Part shown: positions 33,853 to 40,936 of the stretch, one piece after another
How the letters are laid out: each line of letters starts with the position of its first letter
Numbering within the stretch: position 1 is the first letter of the stretch
Assembly (NCBI RefSeq): GCF_041248615.1
Contig: NZ_CP158426.1
Length of the DNA stretch: 64,000 nucleotides
Source of the DNA: Escherichia coli
Lineage (GTDB): Bacteria > Pseudomonadota > Gammaproteobacteria > Enterobacterales > Enterobacteriaceae
Direction: 5' to 3' (one strand)
The notes under the pieces: generated by a model
Database searches by the model: none
Seen by the model: the letters and a program-made list of their open reading frames with translations, nothing else
Told to the model about the DNA's origin: nothing
Position numbers and translations under genes: made by a program

Positions 33853-33888
33853 AAAGGTAAATATAAGCACTCCAGTTGGTAATTGCAA
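33845..33888 (-). promoter_or_regulatory. Operator-controlled promoter upstream of the ant leader
   Basis: On the minus strand: TTGCAA (33883-33888), 17-nt spacer, TATATT (33860-33865). Operator TTTACCGCAAAGGTAAA (33845-33861) overlaps the -10 and +1. Confidence 0.55.
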
Positions 33889-33891
33889 ACC

Positions 33892-34149
33892 TTATCTGGT
33901 TTGTTTTCGTAATTGTTCGGCACAATAGTCGAGATGTGTTTGCAGATCCCGCATAGACATCTGTGAGCTGGTGACGTAGTTAATCAGTGCAGTCAGTTCG
34001 GCAAGTGGGCCATCGACATTAAATCCATCCTTATCGAGATCCCGGAGTAATTTCATCAAGTGCGATCCCTCCACCAGTGACCTGACGCCTCCCGGCGTGT
34101 GAATCCTTTCGGTAAATCCGTCTTCCAGTGGATAGTGATACTGCTGCAT
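33892..34149 (-). CDS. Small protein (85 aa) paralogous to the Ant C-terminal domain; putative second antirepressor
   Basis: ATG at 34149 with a GGAG RBS. A LexA box lies just upstream. The longer 126-aa ORF would run through the promoter/operator region. Confidence 0.65.
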   Translation of the reverse strand: MQQYHYPLEDGFTERIHTPGGVRSLVEGSHLMKLLRDLDKDGFNVDGPLAELTALINYVTSSQMSMRDLQTHLDYCAEQLRKQTR

Positions 34150-34168
34150 CTTATCTTCTCCATGCAAT

Positions 34169-34188
34169 AACTGTATATTTATACAGTA
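34169..34188. promoter_or_regulatory. LexA (SOS) box
   Basis: AACTGTATATTTATACAGTA, a perfect CTGT-N8-ACAG core with an AT-rich centre. It lies 20 nt upstream of the 85-aa gene. Confidence 0.8.
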
Positions 34189-34224
34189 GCAAATAATTTG
34201 TTTGCTATCCAGCACGTTTTGCAA

Positions 34225-34291
34225 ATCACCTGAAAGGTAATATCTATTCGTATTTACAGTCTTTCTATCCATATGTGGTTTTTCAGGTAAT
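34225..34291. promoter_or_regulatory. Divergent control region upstream of the tailspike gene
   Basis: Operator ATCACCTGAAAGGTAAT (34225-34241), ATATCTATTCGTA (34240-34252), and CATATGTGGTT-N5-GGTAAT (34270-34291). Confidence 0.5.
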
Positions 34292-34344
34292 AGAATAACC
34301 AGATATGCGGCGCAACGGGTGCTGCGACTATCTGGAGATTTAAC

Positions 34345-36927
34345 ATGACGGTCTCAACCGAAGTTGACCACAACGAATACACCGGTAACGGAGTTACGAC
34401 ATCGTTTCCGTATACTTTCCGCATTTTCAAAAAATCCGACCTGGTTGTTCAGGTGTCTGACCTGAACGGGAACGTAACAGAATTGGTTCTGGATACCGGT
34501 TATACAGTAACTGGAGCTGGCACTTATAGTGGCGGTTCTGTGGTTCTTCCGTCTCCGCTTGCTACTGGATGGAGAATTACGATAGATCGTGTGCTTGATG
34601 TAGTACAGGAGACAGATCTTCGCAATCAGGGAAAGTTTTTTCCCGAAGTGCATGAAGATGCCTTTGACTACCTGACGATGCTGATCCAGCAATGTTTTGG
34701 GTGGTTCAGACGTGCATTGATGAAACCATCTTTGCTTGCAAAATATTACGATGCAAAGCAAAACAGAATTTCTAACCTTGCAGATCCATCACTTGAGCAG
34801 GACGCTGTAAATAATCGCTCAATGCGTAATTATGTCGATGCTGCAATCGCCGGAGTTGTTGGTGGTTTTGGTTGGTTTATTCAGTATGGTTCTGGGGCAG
34901 TATACAGAACGTTCCAGGATAAGATGCGTGACGTTTATAATGTTAAAGATTATGGGGCGAAAGGTGACAATATTAACGATGATACGCTAGCATTTATTGC
35001 AGCAGCAAATGCTCTCGGAGAGGGCGGAAAGTTATATATTCCAACAGGAACATACAATTTAACTGGTCCAGTTAATATACCACCAGTGAATATGTGCGGC
35101 GATGGGCAGGGTGAAACAGTTATTGTGTTTGACAATACCACATCACCAAAAGACGGCTTTGTTTTCGCTGCGCCAACTAAATATGATATTGAATTTGGTT
35201 TAAGTCACCTTACAGTTAAAAGAAAAGGCGGGAATGGAGCTAATGCTATATATACCCCAAGAGGTGTCGGGCTTAACCATCTAAGACCAAAACCAACATT
35301 TAGATTTTTATCTTTCTGTTCTGAAACTGCAAATATTGATTCTGATGAATTCGCTCAGAAATACGGCTGGGAATGGTCTTTTAACTGTGGTGATAGTTGG
35401 CAGTTCACAATCGAACGCATTGATGCTGTTGGATGTTATCAGATAGCCAAAAGTTATAATGAACAGTTCCTTGATGGATTCATTCGCACCGCTCCAGAAG
35501 AGGGGATTTTATCAATGCGTGTGAGTGATATCACAACGCATAATGTTGCAAATTTTTTTGAAATTAAGCAGAAGACATATTTTACATTGCTTAATATTGA
35601 TGCCGCCAAGGCATTACGAGGCATTTACGACGCTGATGATCGTATATTTGAAACGAATCGTTATGCTTATGGTGAATGTATATGCACAAATGTTGGTATT
35701 AATGCCCAACTTGAACCAGTACGGCTGGATAACAGATTCCTGCTCATCATGAATGGTATGTTTATTCACCGCGCAGCAAAAGGTTACGATCATGGTCTGG
35801 AATGGGTTGGTCTTAAGCTTAGTCGTGCTCGCGTGTGTTCATTCCAGGGAATTGAGATCGGCACTGCCAGAGGGTATTCAGGGACTAAGAAAGGGATTGT
35901 TCTTGACGCCGGTGATGCAAATAACTTTACCAATGTAACTTTTGGTTTGCTTGATGTGTGCGCACAGATTGGCGATTCCAATTCACAGTATGGTGCCAAC
36001 TTTGCAACATGCTTTAATAATGTGAGCATTAATGCTGACACCGTATTGTTATTCGATTTGCAGCTATGCAGAAATTTCCATTGTGATGGATACGGAGCAT
36101 CTTCTGCCTACACTCTTCAGCAATTCCATAGGAACAGTGATGACACAAGCAATACTTATACATTTAGTAATGTAGGTAAACACAATCTCTACACTGACAA
36201 CTCGCTGTACCTACATAATTCTGCTTCGCTGGAGAACGGGAAGAATATACGTATTGATACACGAAACGGATTATCTGTTAGCACTCAAGCAGATACTGGT
36301 TCCGCAGGAAATAACTTCCTTATAATTCGTAGGACTGGTGTTGATATAGACAGTTTTGAGTTAAGGACTCGCAGTACAGCAGGTGCATATACATATATTA
36401 ATACACCTGAAACTCATTTTTCTGGCCTTATAAAACCAACTGTTGATAATGTTAACTCAAACGGAACATCAGCATTTCGATGGTCACAGGTATACGCTGG
36501 TACTGGCAGTATCAACACGTCGAATGAAGAGCTGAAATTGCGTATTGAGGCTGACGAGAAAACAACAGAATCAGAGCGTCTTGCTGCGCTTGAAATAAAG
36601 GAAAATATCTGGAGGTTTAAATTTAAAGATGCAGTAAAGATCAAGAGTGATGGCGCTCGGATTCATTTCGGTGTTGGTGCACAAACTGTAGGTAATATTC
36701 TCAGAAAATACGGTCTTGACCCTAATAACTATGCGTTCTGGTGTTATGATGAATGGGATGATATTTATGCTCCAGAAGTATTGATTAGGAGTGTTAAAAA
36801 CAATGAAACAGGAGAGTGGTACGACGAGGAATATTACACAGGAAGGCAGATTATTATTAAACCTGCTGGCTATCAGTATGGTATCAGATACGAGGAACTT
36901 CTGATGTTTATTCTTATGTTTATTTAA
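34345..36927 (+). CDS. Tailspike: conserved N-terminal particle-binding domain, pectate-lyase-type beta-helix, C-terminal S74 chaperone
   Basis: MTVSTEVDHNEYTGNGVTTSFPYTFR N-terminus; YNVKDYGAKGDNINDDTLAFIAAA (Pectate_lyase_3-like); C-terminal TSNEELK...RIHFGVGAQTV intramolecular-chaperone motif. Confidence 0.9.
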   Translation: MTVSTEVDHNEYTGNGVTTSFPYTFRIFKKSDLVVQVSDLNGNVTELVLDTGYTVTGAGTYSGGSVVLPSPLATGWRITIDRVLDVVQETDLRNQGKFFPEVHEDAFDYLTMLIQQCFGWFRRALMKPSLLAKYYDAKQNRISNLADPSLEQDAVNNRSMRNYVDAAIAGVVGGFGWFIQYGSGAVYRTFQDKMRDVYNVKDYGAKGDNINDDTLAFIAAANALGEGGKLYIPTGTYNLTGPVNIPPVNMCGDGQGETVIVFDNTTSPKDGFVFAAPTKYDIEFGLSHLTVKRKGGNGANAIYTPRGVGLNHLRPKPTFRFLSFCSETANIDSDEFAQKYGWEWSFNCGDSWQFTIERIDAVGCYQIAKSYNEQFLDGFIRTAPEEGILSMRVSDITTHNVANFFEIKQKTYFTLLNIDAAKALRGIYDADDRIFETNRYAYGECICTNVGINAQLEPVRLDNRFLLIMNGMFIHRAAKGYDHGLEWVGLKLSRARVCSFQGIEIGTARGYSGTKKGIVLDAGDANNFTNVTFGLLDVCAQIGDSNSQYGANFATCFNNVSINADTVLLFDLQLCRNFHCDGYGASSAYTLQQFHRNSDDTSNTYTFSNVGKHNLYTDNSLYLHNSASLENGKNIRIDTRNGLSVSTQADTGSAGNNFLIIRRTGVDIDSFELRTRSTAGAYTYINTPETHFSGLIKPTVDNVNSNGTSAFRWSQVYAGTGSINTSNEELKLRIEADEKTTESERLAALEIKENIWRFKFKDAVKIKSDGARIHFGVGAQTVGNILRKYGLDPNNYAFWCYDEWDDIYAPEVLIRSVKNNETGEWYDEEYYTGRQIIIKPAGYQYGIRYEELLMFILMFI

Positions 36928-36930
36928 AAT

Positions 36931-36962
36931 ATAGCGCAGGGATGCGCTATTCAACTATTTTA
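36931..36962 (+). terminator. Terminator after the tailspike gene
   Basis: ATAGCGCA-GGGA-TGCGCTAT followed by a T-rich tail. Confidence 0.6.
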
Positions 36963-37343
36963 TAAAATTAATAACTATTCATGCGATATAATGTGGCCTC
37001 TTTTATCTTTGCAGAATTAAAAACTATAGAAAATATTTTGTATTATTATAAATGCTTCTGGATCATATTAATCAGTTTGCCATCTATTAGAACTTTGATT
37101 ATTGATGCATCAATTATTTAACATAGTGGTTGTGCGCAACTCCACTAACGATTGAATATAGATTGTTATTTTTGTTTACACTGTCACACAAGAACATCCT
37201 TACCTGTCAATCAACATTATTATTTTTTGATTCCATGATGTTGATTTGTGATGTAAAAAAATACATATTAAACCATATATGGATTGTAATTCGTGGTTAC
37301 AATTCTTGTTGTTTTTTTATGGTGAGATAAAAAAGGTGTTTTA

Positions 37344-37745
37344 ATGTCATTTCAATTAACAGGAGAGTCAATAAATCAATGGCTTAGCCTTGGTTCTCTA
37401 GCAGCGGTGATAGCAGGAGTGCCTCCAGAAGTAGCTCTTGGGTCTTTGTCAGGAGCGGTAATTTTTGTTACCTCTGCTGTAGAGTATCCTGTTCGTCGTC
37501 GTGTACTCTTGTCGATACTCAGCTTTCTTTGTGGTCTTCTCTTTTACAAACCAACTGCATCAATTCTTATAGGCATAGCCAGTCTAATTCCTACCATTAC
37601 TCAGGACTCTTTCGAGAAAGGGATTGTTTTCTCTGCTGGCGCATTTGTGTCAGCAATAGTCGCAGTGCGAATTGGCATCTGGCTCTATCACCATTCCGAT
37701 AATCCACGCGAGTTAATTCCTGGGAGAAAAGACGATGGTAACTAA
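37344..37745 (+). CDS. Holin (class with 3-4 TM helices), putative
   Basis: 133-aa multi-TM protein with a charged C-terminus. It is the first gene of the lysis cassette. Confidence 0.65.
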   Translation: MSFQLTGESINQWLSLGSLAAVIAGVPPEVALGSLSGAVIFVTSAVEYPVRRRVLLSILSFLCGLLFYKPTASILIGIASLIPTITQDSFEKGIVFSAGAFVSAIVAVRIGIWLYHHSDNPRELIPGRKDDGN

Positions 37746-38043
37746 TGAGCTTGTTTTGCTTATCACCAATGCAGTTATTTGTACTGGCATAGCAATTCGC
37801 GTTGTCACATTCCGGCGTAACGGCTCTCAACACCGAAGGTTGGGAGGCTGGCTTGCTTATTTCCTGATTGTTGCTGCAGCTAGTATTCCTGTTCGTGTCG
37901 TCTATGCAATCTGGTTACGTACGCCAATGGCTGTGGATTTATCTGAGGTCATTATCAACGCTGTCATGCTTGCAGCGGTTATTAAAACGCGCGGTAACGT
38001 CGTGCAGATTTTTAAAATAACGAGGTCTAAACATGGAGATTAA
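37735..38043 (+). CDS. Second holin/antiholin-like membrane protein
   Basis: 102 aa with about 3 TM helices and a basic tail. It overlaps both neighbouring genes. Confidence 0.6.
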   Translation: MVTNELVLLITNAVICTGIAIRVVTFRRNGSQHRRLGGWLAYFLIVAAASIPVRVVYAIWLRTPMAVDLSEVIINAVMLAAVIKTRGNVVQIFKITRSKHGD

Positions 38044-38662
38044 ACAATTCCAGCGAGCTGCTGGTATTAGCGAGGCGCTGGCCGCACGCTGGTTCTCGCA
38101 TATAACTTCTGCGATGAAAGAGTTTGGTATCAGCAAAACCGAAGATCAGGCAATGTTTATTGCTCAGGTCGGGCATGAGTCTGGTGGTTTCACCAGGTTG
38201 CAGGAGAATTTCAACTACAGTGTCAGCGGTCTAGCTAACTTCGTTCGGGCTGGGCGTCTCACTCAGGGGCAGGCTAATGCACTTGGTCGCCGTGCTGGTG
38301 AACCACCATTGCCACTTGAGCGCCAGCGCGCGATCGCAAATCTGGTATACAGCAAACGCATGGGTAACAATGCTCCCGGCGATGGCTGGAATTACCGTGG
38401 GCGCGGGCTTATCCAGATTACCGGTTTGAATAACTATCGTGACTGCGGAAACGGCCTAAAAGTGGACCTGCTGGAGAATCCTGAGCTGTTGACGCAGGGC
38501 GAATACGCGGCTCGTAGCGCGGCGTGGTTCTTCTCCAGCAAAGGCTGCATGAAGTATACCGGCGATATTGCACGTGTAACTTTGATTATCAATGGTGGCA
38601 GGAACGGCATCGACGACCGGAGAGCGCGGTACATCACTGCCAGTAAGGTGCTGGCGGTATGA
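38033..38662 (+). CDS. Endolysin, glycoside hydrolase family 19 (chitinase-like)
   Basis: [25 protein letters not shown] and INGG motifs. Confidence 0.9.
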   Translation: MEIKQFQRAAGISEALAARWFSHITSAMKEFGISKTEDQAMFIAQVGHESGGFTRLQENFNYSVSGLANFVRAGRLTQGQANALGRRAGEPPLPLERQRAIANLVYSKRMGNNAPGDGWNYRGRGLIQITGLNNYRDCGNGLKVDLLENPELLTQGEYAARSAAWFFSSKGCMKYTGDIARVTLIINGGRNGIDDRRARYITASKVLAV

Positions 38663-39141
38663 TCTGGGCATTCGTAAAAGCATACTGGAAACAGTTGCTT
38701 ATCGTGGCGGTGCTTGCTGTTCTGGTCATATCAGGAGTTGTTGCCTGGAATGTACACGGTAGCCGTCAGTACGACGCCGGGTATGCACAGGCGAAGGAAG
38801 ACCGCAAAGCTGAAGATGAGAGAGTTCGTCAGCACTACGAACAGGAGAAAGCGACCAATGAACGTGAAGCTCAGCAGAGGATCGACCAGGCGCGCAATGA
38901 TGCTCTTGATGCTGCCGCTCGCGCTGGCCGGTTGCAGCAACAACTCTTTGCCATCCGTGAGCAGCTCAGGCAGTATAACGCCATTGTCGGCGCTGGGACA
39001 TCAGCCGCAGACACCGGAGTTTTGCTTGCCGACGTGCTCAGCAAATCTCTCGAGAGAAACAGACAACTGGCAGAGTATGCTGACCGGGCAGCCGAAGCCG
39101 GAAGAGTCTGCGAAAAACAGTACGACACTCTGACCAGATAG
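38659..39141 (+). CDS. i-spanin (Rz-like)
   Basis: N-terminal TM helix then a coiled coil. Directly follows the endolysin gene. Confidence 0.8.
   Translation: MIWAFVKAYWKQLLIVAVLAVLVISGVVAWNVHGSRQYDAGYAQAKEDRKAEDERVRQHYEQEKATNEREAQQRIDQARNDALDAAARAGRLQQQLFAIREQLRQYNAIVGAGTSAADTGVLLADVLSKSLERNRQLAEYADRAAEAGRVCEKQYDTLTR
38858..39133 (+). CDS. o-spanin (Rz1-like lipoprotein) embedded in the +1 frame of Rz
   Basis: [26 protein letters not shown] carries a lipobox. AGGAG RBS. The mature part is Pro-rich. Confidence 0.75.
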   Translation: MNVKLSRGSTRRAMMLLMLPLALAGCSNNSLPSVSSSGSITPLSALGHQPQTPEFCLPTCSANLSRETDNWQSMLTGQPKPEESAKNSTTL

Positions 39142-39251
39142 CATGGCATTTTTCATGGTACTGATTTCCGGTGACGGTATATAAAACGGTACTAGAAAAA
39201 TGAAGTTTTGGAAAAATGTTATCACTCAATTTGTTATGATTGTCGTAAATA

Positions 39252-39266
39252 ATTGAGTGGGAATGA
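39252..39266 (+). other. guaA: guaA 3'-terminal codons at the right prophage junction (attR core region)
   Basis: ATT GAG TGG GAA TGA = IEWE-stop, the GMP synthase C-terminus, with no guaA body upstream. The native terminator follows. Confidence 0.7.
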
Positions 39267-39294
39267 TTTTGATCCCTGCACTATGAATGAACAA

Positions 39295-39322
39295 AACCCT
39301 CTGTTACTACAGAGGGTTTTTT
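39295..39322. terminator. Bidirectional terminator between guaA and yfgI
   Basis: AACCCTCTG-TTACTA-CAGAGGGTT followed by TTTTT. Confidence 0.8.
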
Positions 39323-39360
39323 ATCTTCAAGAATTATAGGCTTGAAGTTACTTACATCGA

Positions 39361-39900
39361 TTAATTAAACCAGCTGTCCGATTTGTTCTCTTCTGCTTTG
39401 CCCACGCTTTTCATCATATCTCGACCGCCCTCAGTCATATTCCTGTTTGCGTCAGCTTCAGATTGCACCACATCGGTTTGCGCAGCTTTGTGCTTCAGTT
39501 CCTGATCGATAAATTCGTTTTCTCGCTTAACGCGGGCTTCTTCTTTCGCCAGCGCCAGTTTTTGTTTCTGAATCTCTAAACTGCGCAGCTCATCTTCATA
39601 ACTTTGATCGCGTTTTTTGTCCGCAGTGGCTTCGGCGTCCAGTTTATCCTGACGAGCTTTCTTATTCGCCGCTGCCGTTGCCGCTCTTTTATTAGCCGCG
39701 GCCTGGGCGTTTGCGCGACGTTGCTTCTCTTGCTGGATTTCCCTGTTGCGCTCCGCGACCCATTCGTCATGCTGCCTTTGCTCTTCATTTTTACCTTGCT
39801 GTTCCGCTTCTGCGACAGCAGAGAGTTGATCCTGCAATGATGAGGCGATAGCCGGATAGCTTAAGGAGGCTAAGATGGCGCAAAGAAAAACTTTCTTCAT
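39361..39900 (-). CDS. yfgI: YfgI, periplasmic protein
   Basis: 179 aa with a signal peptide and a Lys/Glu/Ala-rich sequence matching K-12 YfgI. Synteny agrees. Confidence 0.85.
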   Translation of the reverse strand: MKKVFLCAILASLSYPAIASSLQDQLSAVAEAEQQGKNEEQRQHDEWVAERNREIQQEKQRRANAQAAANKRAATAAANKKARQDKLDAEATADKKRDQSYEDELRSLEIQKQKLALAKEEARVKRENEFIDQELKHKAAQTDVVQSEADANRNMTEGGRDMMKSVGKAEENKSDSWFN

Positions 39901-39915
39901 GACTCCTCCTGATTA

Positions 39916-40434
39916 TTAGCTCTTTTCAGGACATTTGGTATTTGGCTGAATACGCGTTTCGTTATACGTCGTGGTAATAACAACGGCTAAACCTGTCGTA
40001 AACTGGCACTCTTTACCCACCTGGGTGGAGGTATACACTTTGGTGCCTTCCTTATACGTTAGAGAAACACCTTCCACTAAGGTTTTATCATTCACCATAG
40101 AACCCGCTGCCGCGCCAACAGCTCCGCCGCCAACTGCACCTGCCGTCGTTCCGGAATTGCTGCCAGACCCCACGTTGTGGCCGATTACACCGCCAGCGAC
40201 TGCACCAATAAGCGCGCCGAAGGCTTGTGCGTTTCGTTTATTTTGGGAGTTGTCTACGGCAACTTTTGCGGGAAGAATGGAAATAATATTAACGGTTTTA
40301 GTTTCTTGTTTGGTATTCAGTTGATCGGTTTGATAAACATCGGCGGCATGATCATCAGCATTTGACTGGCATCCTGCCAGAGTGAATGACGCCAACATTG
40401 CCACAGGCAGAAGACATTTTTTAAATTTCATCAC
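39916..40434 (-). CDS. yfgH: YfgH, glycine-zipper outer-membrane lipoprotein
   Basis: Lipobox LAGC and a Gly-rich GAVGGGAVGAAAG segment; 172 aa. Confidence 0.85.
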   Translation of the reverse strand: MMKFKKCLLPVAMLASFTLAGCQSNADDHAADVYQTDQLNTKQETKTVNIISILPAKVAVDNSQNKRNAQAFGALIGAVAGGVIGHNVGSGSNSGTTAGAVGGGAVGAAAGSMVNDKTLVEGVSLTYKEGTKVYTSTQVGKECQFTTGLAVVITTTYNETRIQPNTKCPEKS

Positions 40435-40744
40435 TATTCCTTGTTATACACATTACGAAAAATAAGACATTTAAGATCATCAAAAGAGGAAAGTAAATGT
40501 ATTGCGTATAAAGGAATAGATTAAATTTATTAAAATTCATGTGGAAAATAATTTATAAAAATACATCATTAAAACATATGTATTAATTTTATATTTATTT
40601 CGCAGCCAAACAGGATAAACATCAGTCAGGACAAAGACGTAAAATTTAAGATGAAAGAATATCTGCCGCTTTGATAATCCCAAAGAGCAAAAGCATCCGA
40701 CAGCGAGGTGCCGTTATGTTCTGTGAAAGTGGAGAAGGTAACCG

Positions 40745-40936
40745 CTAACGTTGTACCGGTGATTCGACGGAGAGTGTGGATTGCTGAGCTTCTTTTTTGC
40801 TCTGATGGTGCTGCCATGCACCGACGGACGAGTAGATAAAACGGCCAAAGAAGAAGATAAAGCTGATGAGCAGTACGATACGGGTCATGCGACTGTTAAA
40901 TCGGTGTCGTTTTCGCATACTGGTTGCCTGACTCAC
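40745..40936 (-). CDS. yfgG: YfgG, small membrane protein
   Basis: 63 aa with a single TM helix. Synteny agrees. Confidence 0.8.
   Translation of the reverse strand: MSQATSMRKRHRFNSRMTRIVLLISFIFFFGRFIYSSVGAWQHHQSKKEAQQSTLSVESPVQR

Larger units (their letters stand above)
1..39266. mobile_element. Integrated temperate podovirus prophage (epsilon15/phiV10-like by organisation); the left end (attL) lies outside the window
   Basis: Uninterrupted run of phage modules from integrase to spanins. It ends at a retained guaA 3' end (IEWE-stop) at 39252-39266, followed by E. coli core genes. Confidence 0.9.

Noticed and set aside
33623-33925. A 100-aa minus-strand ORF spanning the ant leader region.
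   Set aside because: It runs through the promoter, operator and terminator elements, has no RBS, and overlaps the end of the 85-aa gene in another frame. The region is better explained as regulatory RNA.
37130-37330. A 66-aa ORF in the AT-rich gap before the holin gene.
   Set aside because: It has a TTG start, no RBS and a low-complexity Leu/Phe/Ile product that simply reflects the AT-rich DNA.
38714-39133. The full 139-aa ORF in the +1 frame of Rz.
   Set aside because: Only the part from the ATG at 38858 has an RBS and a signal peptide with a lipobox. The upstream extension is not credible as Rz1.
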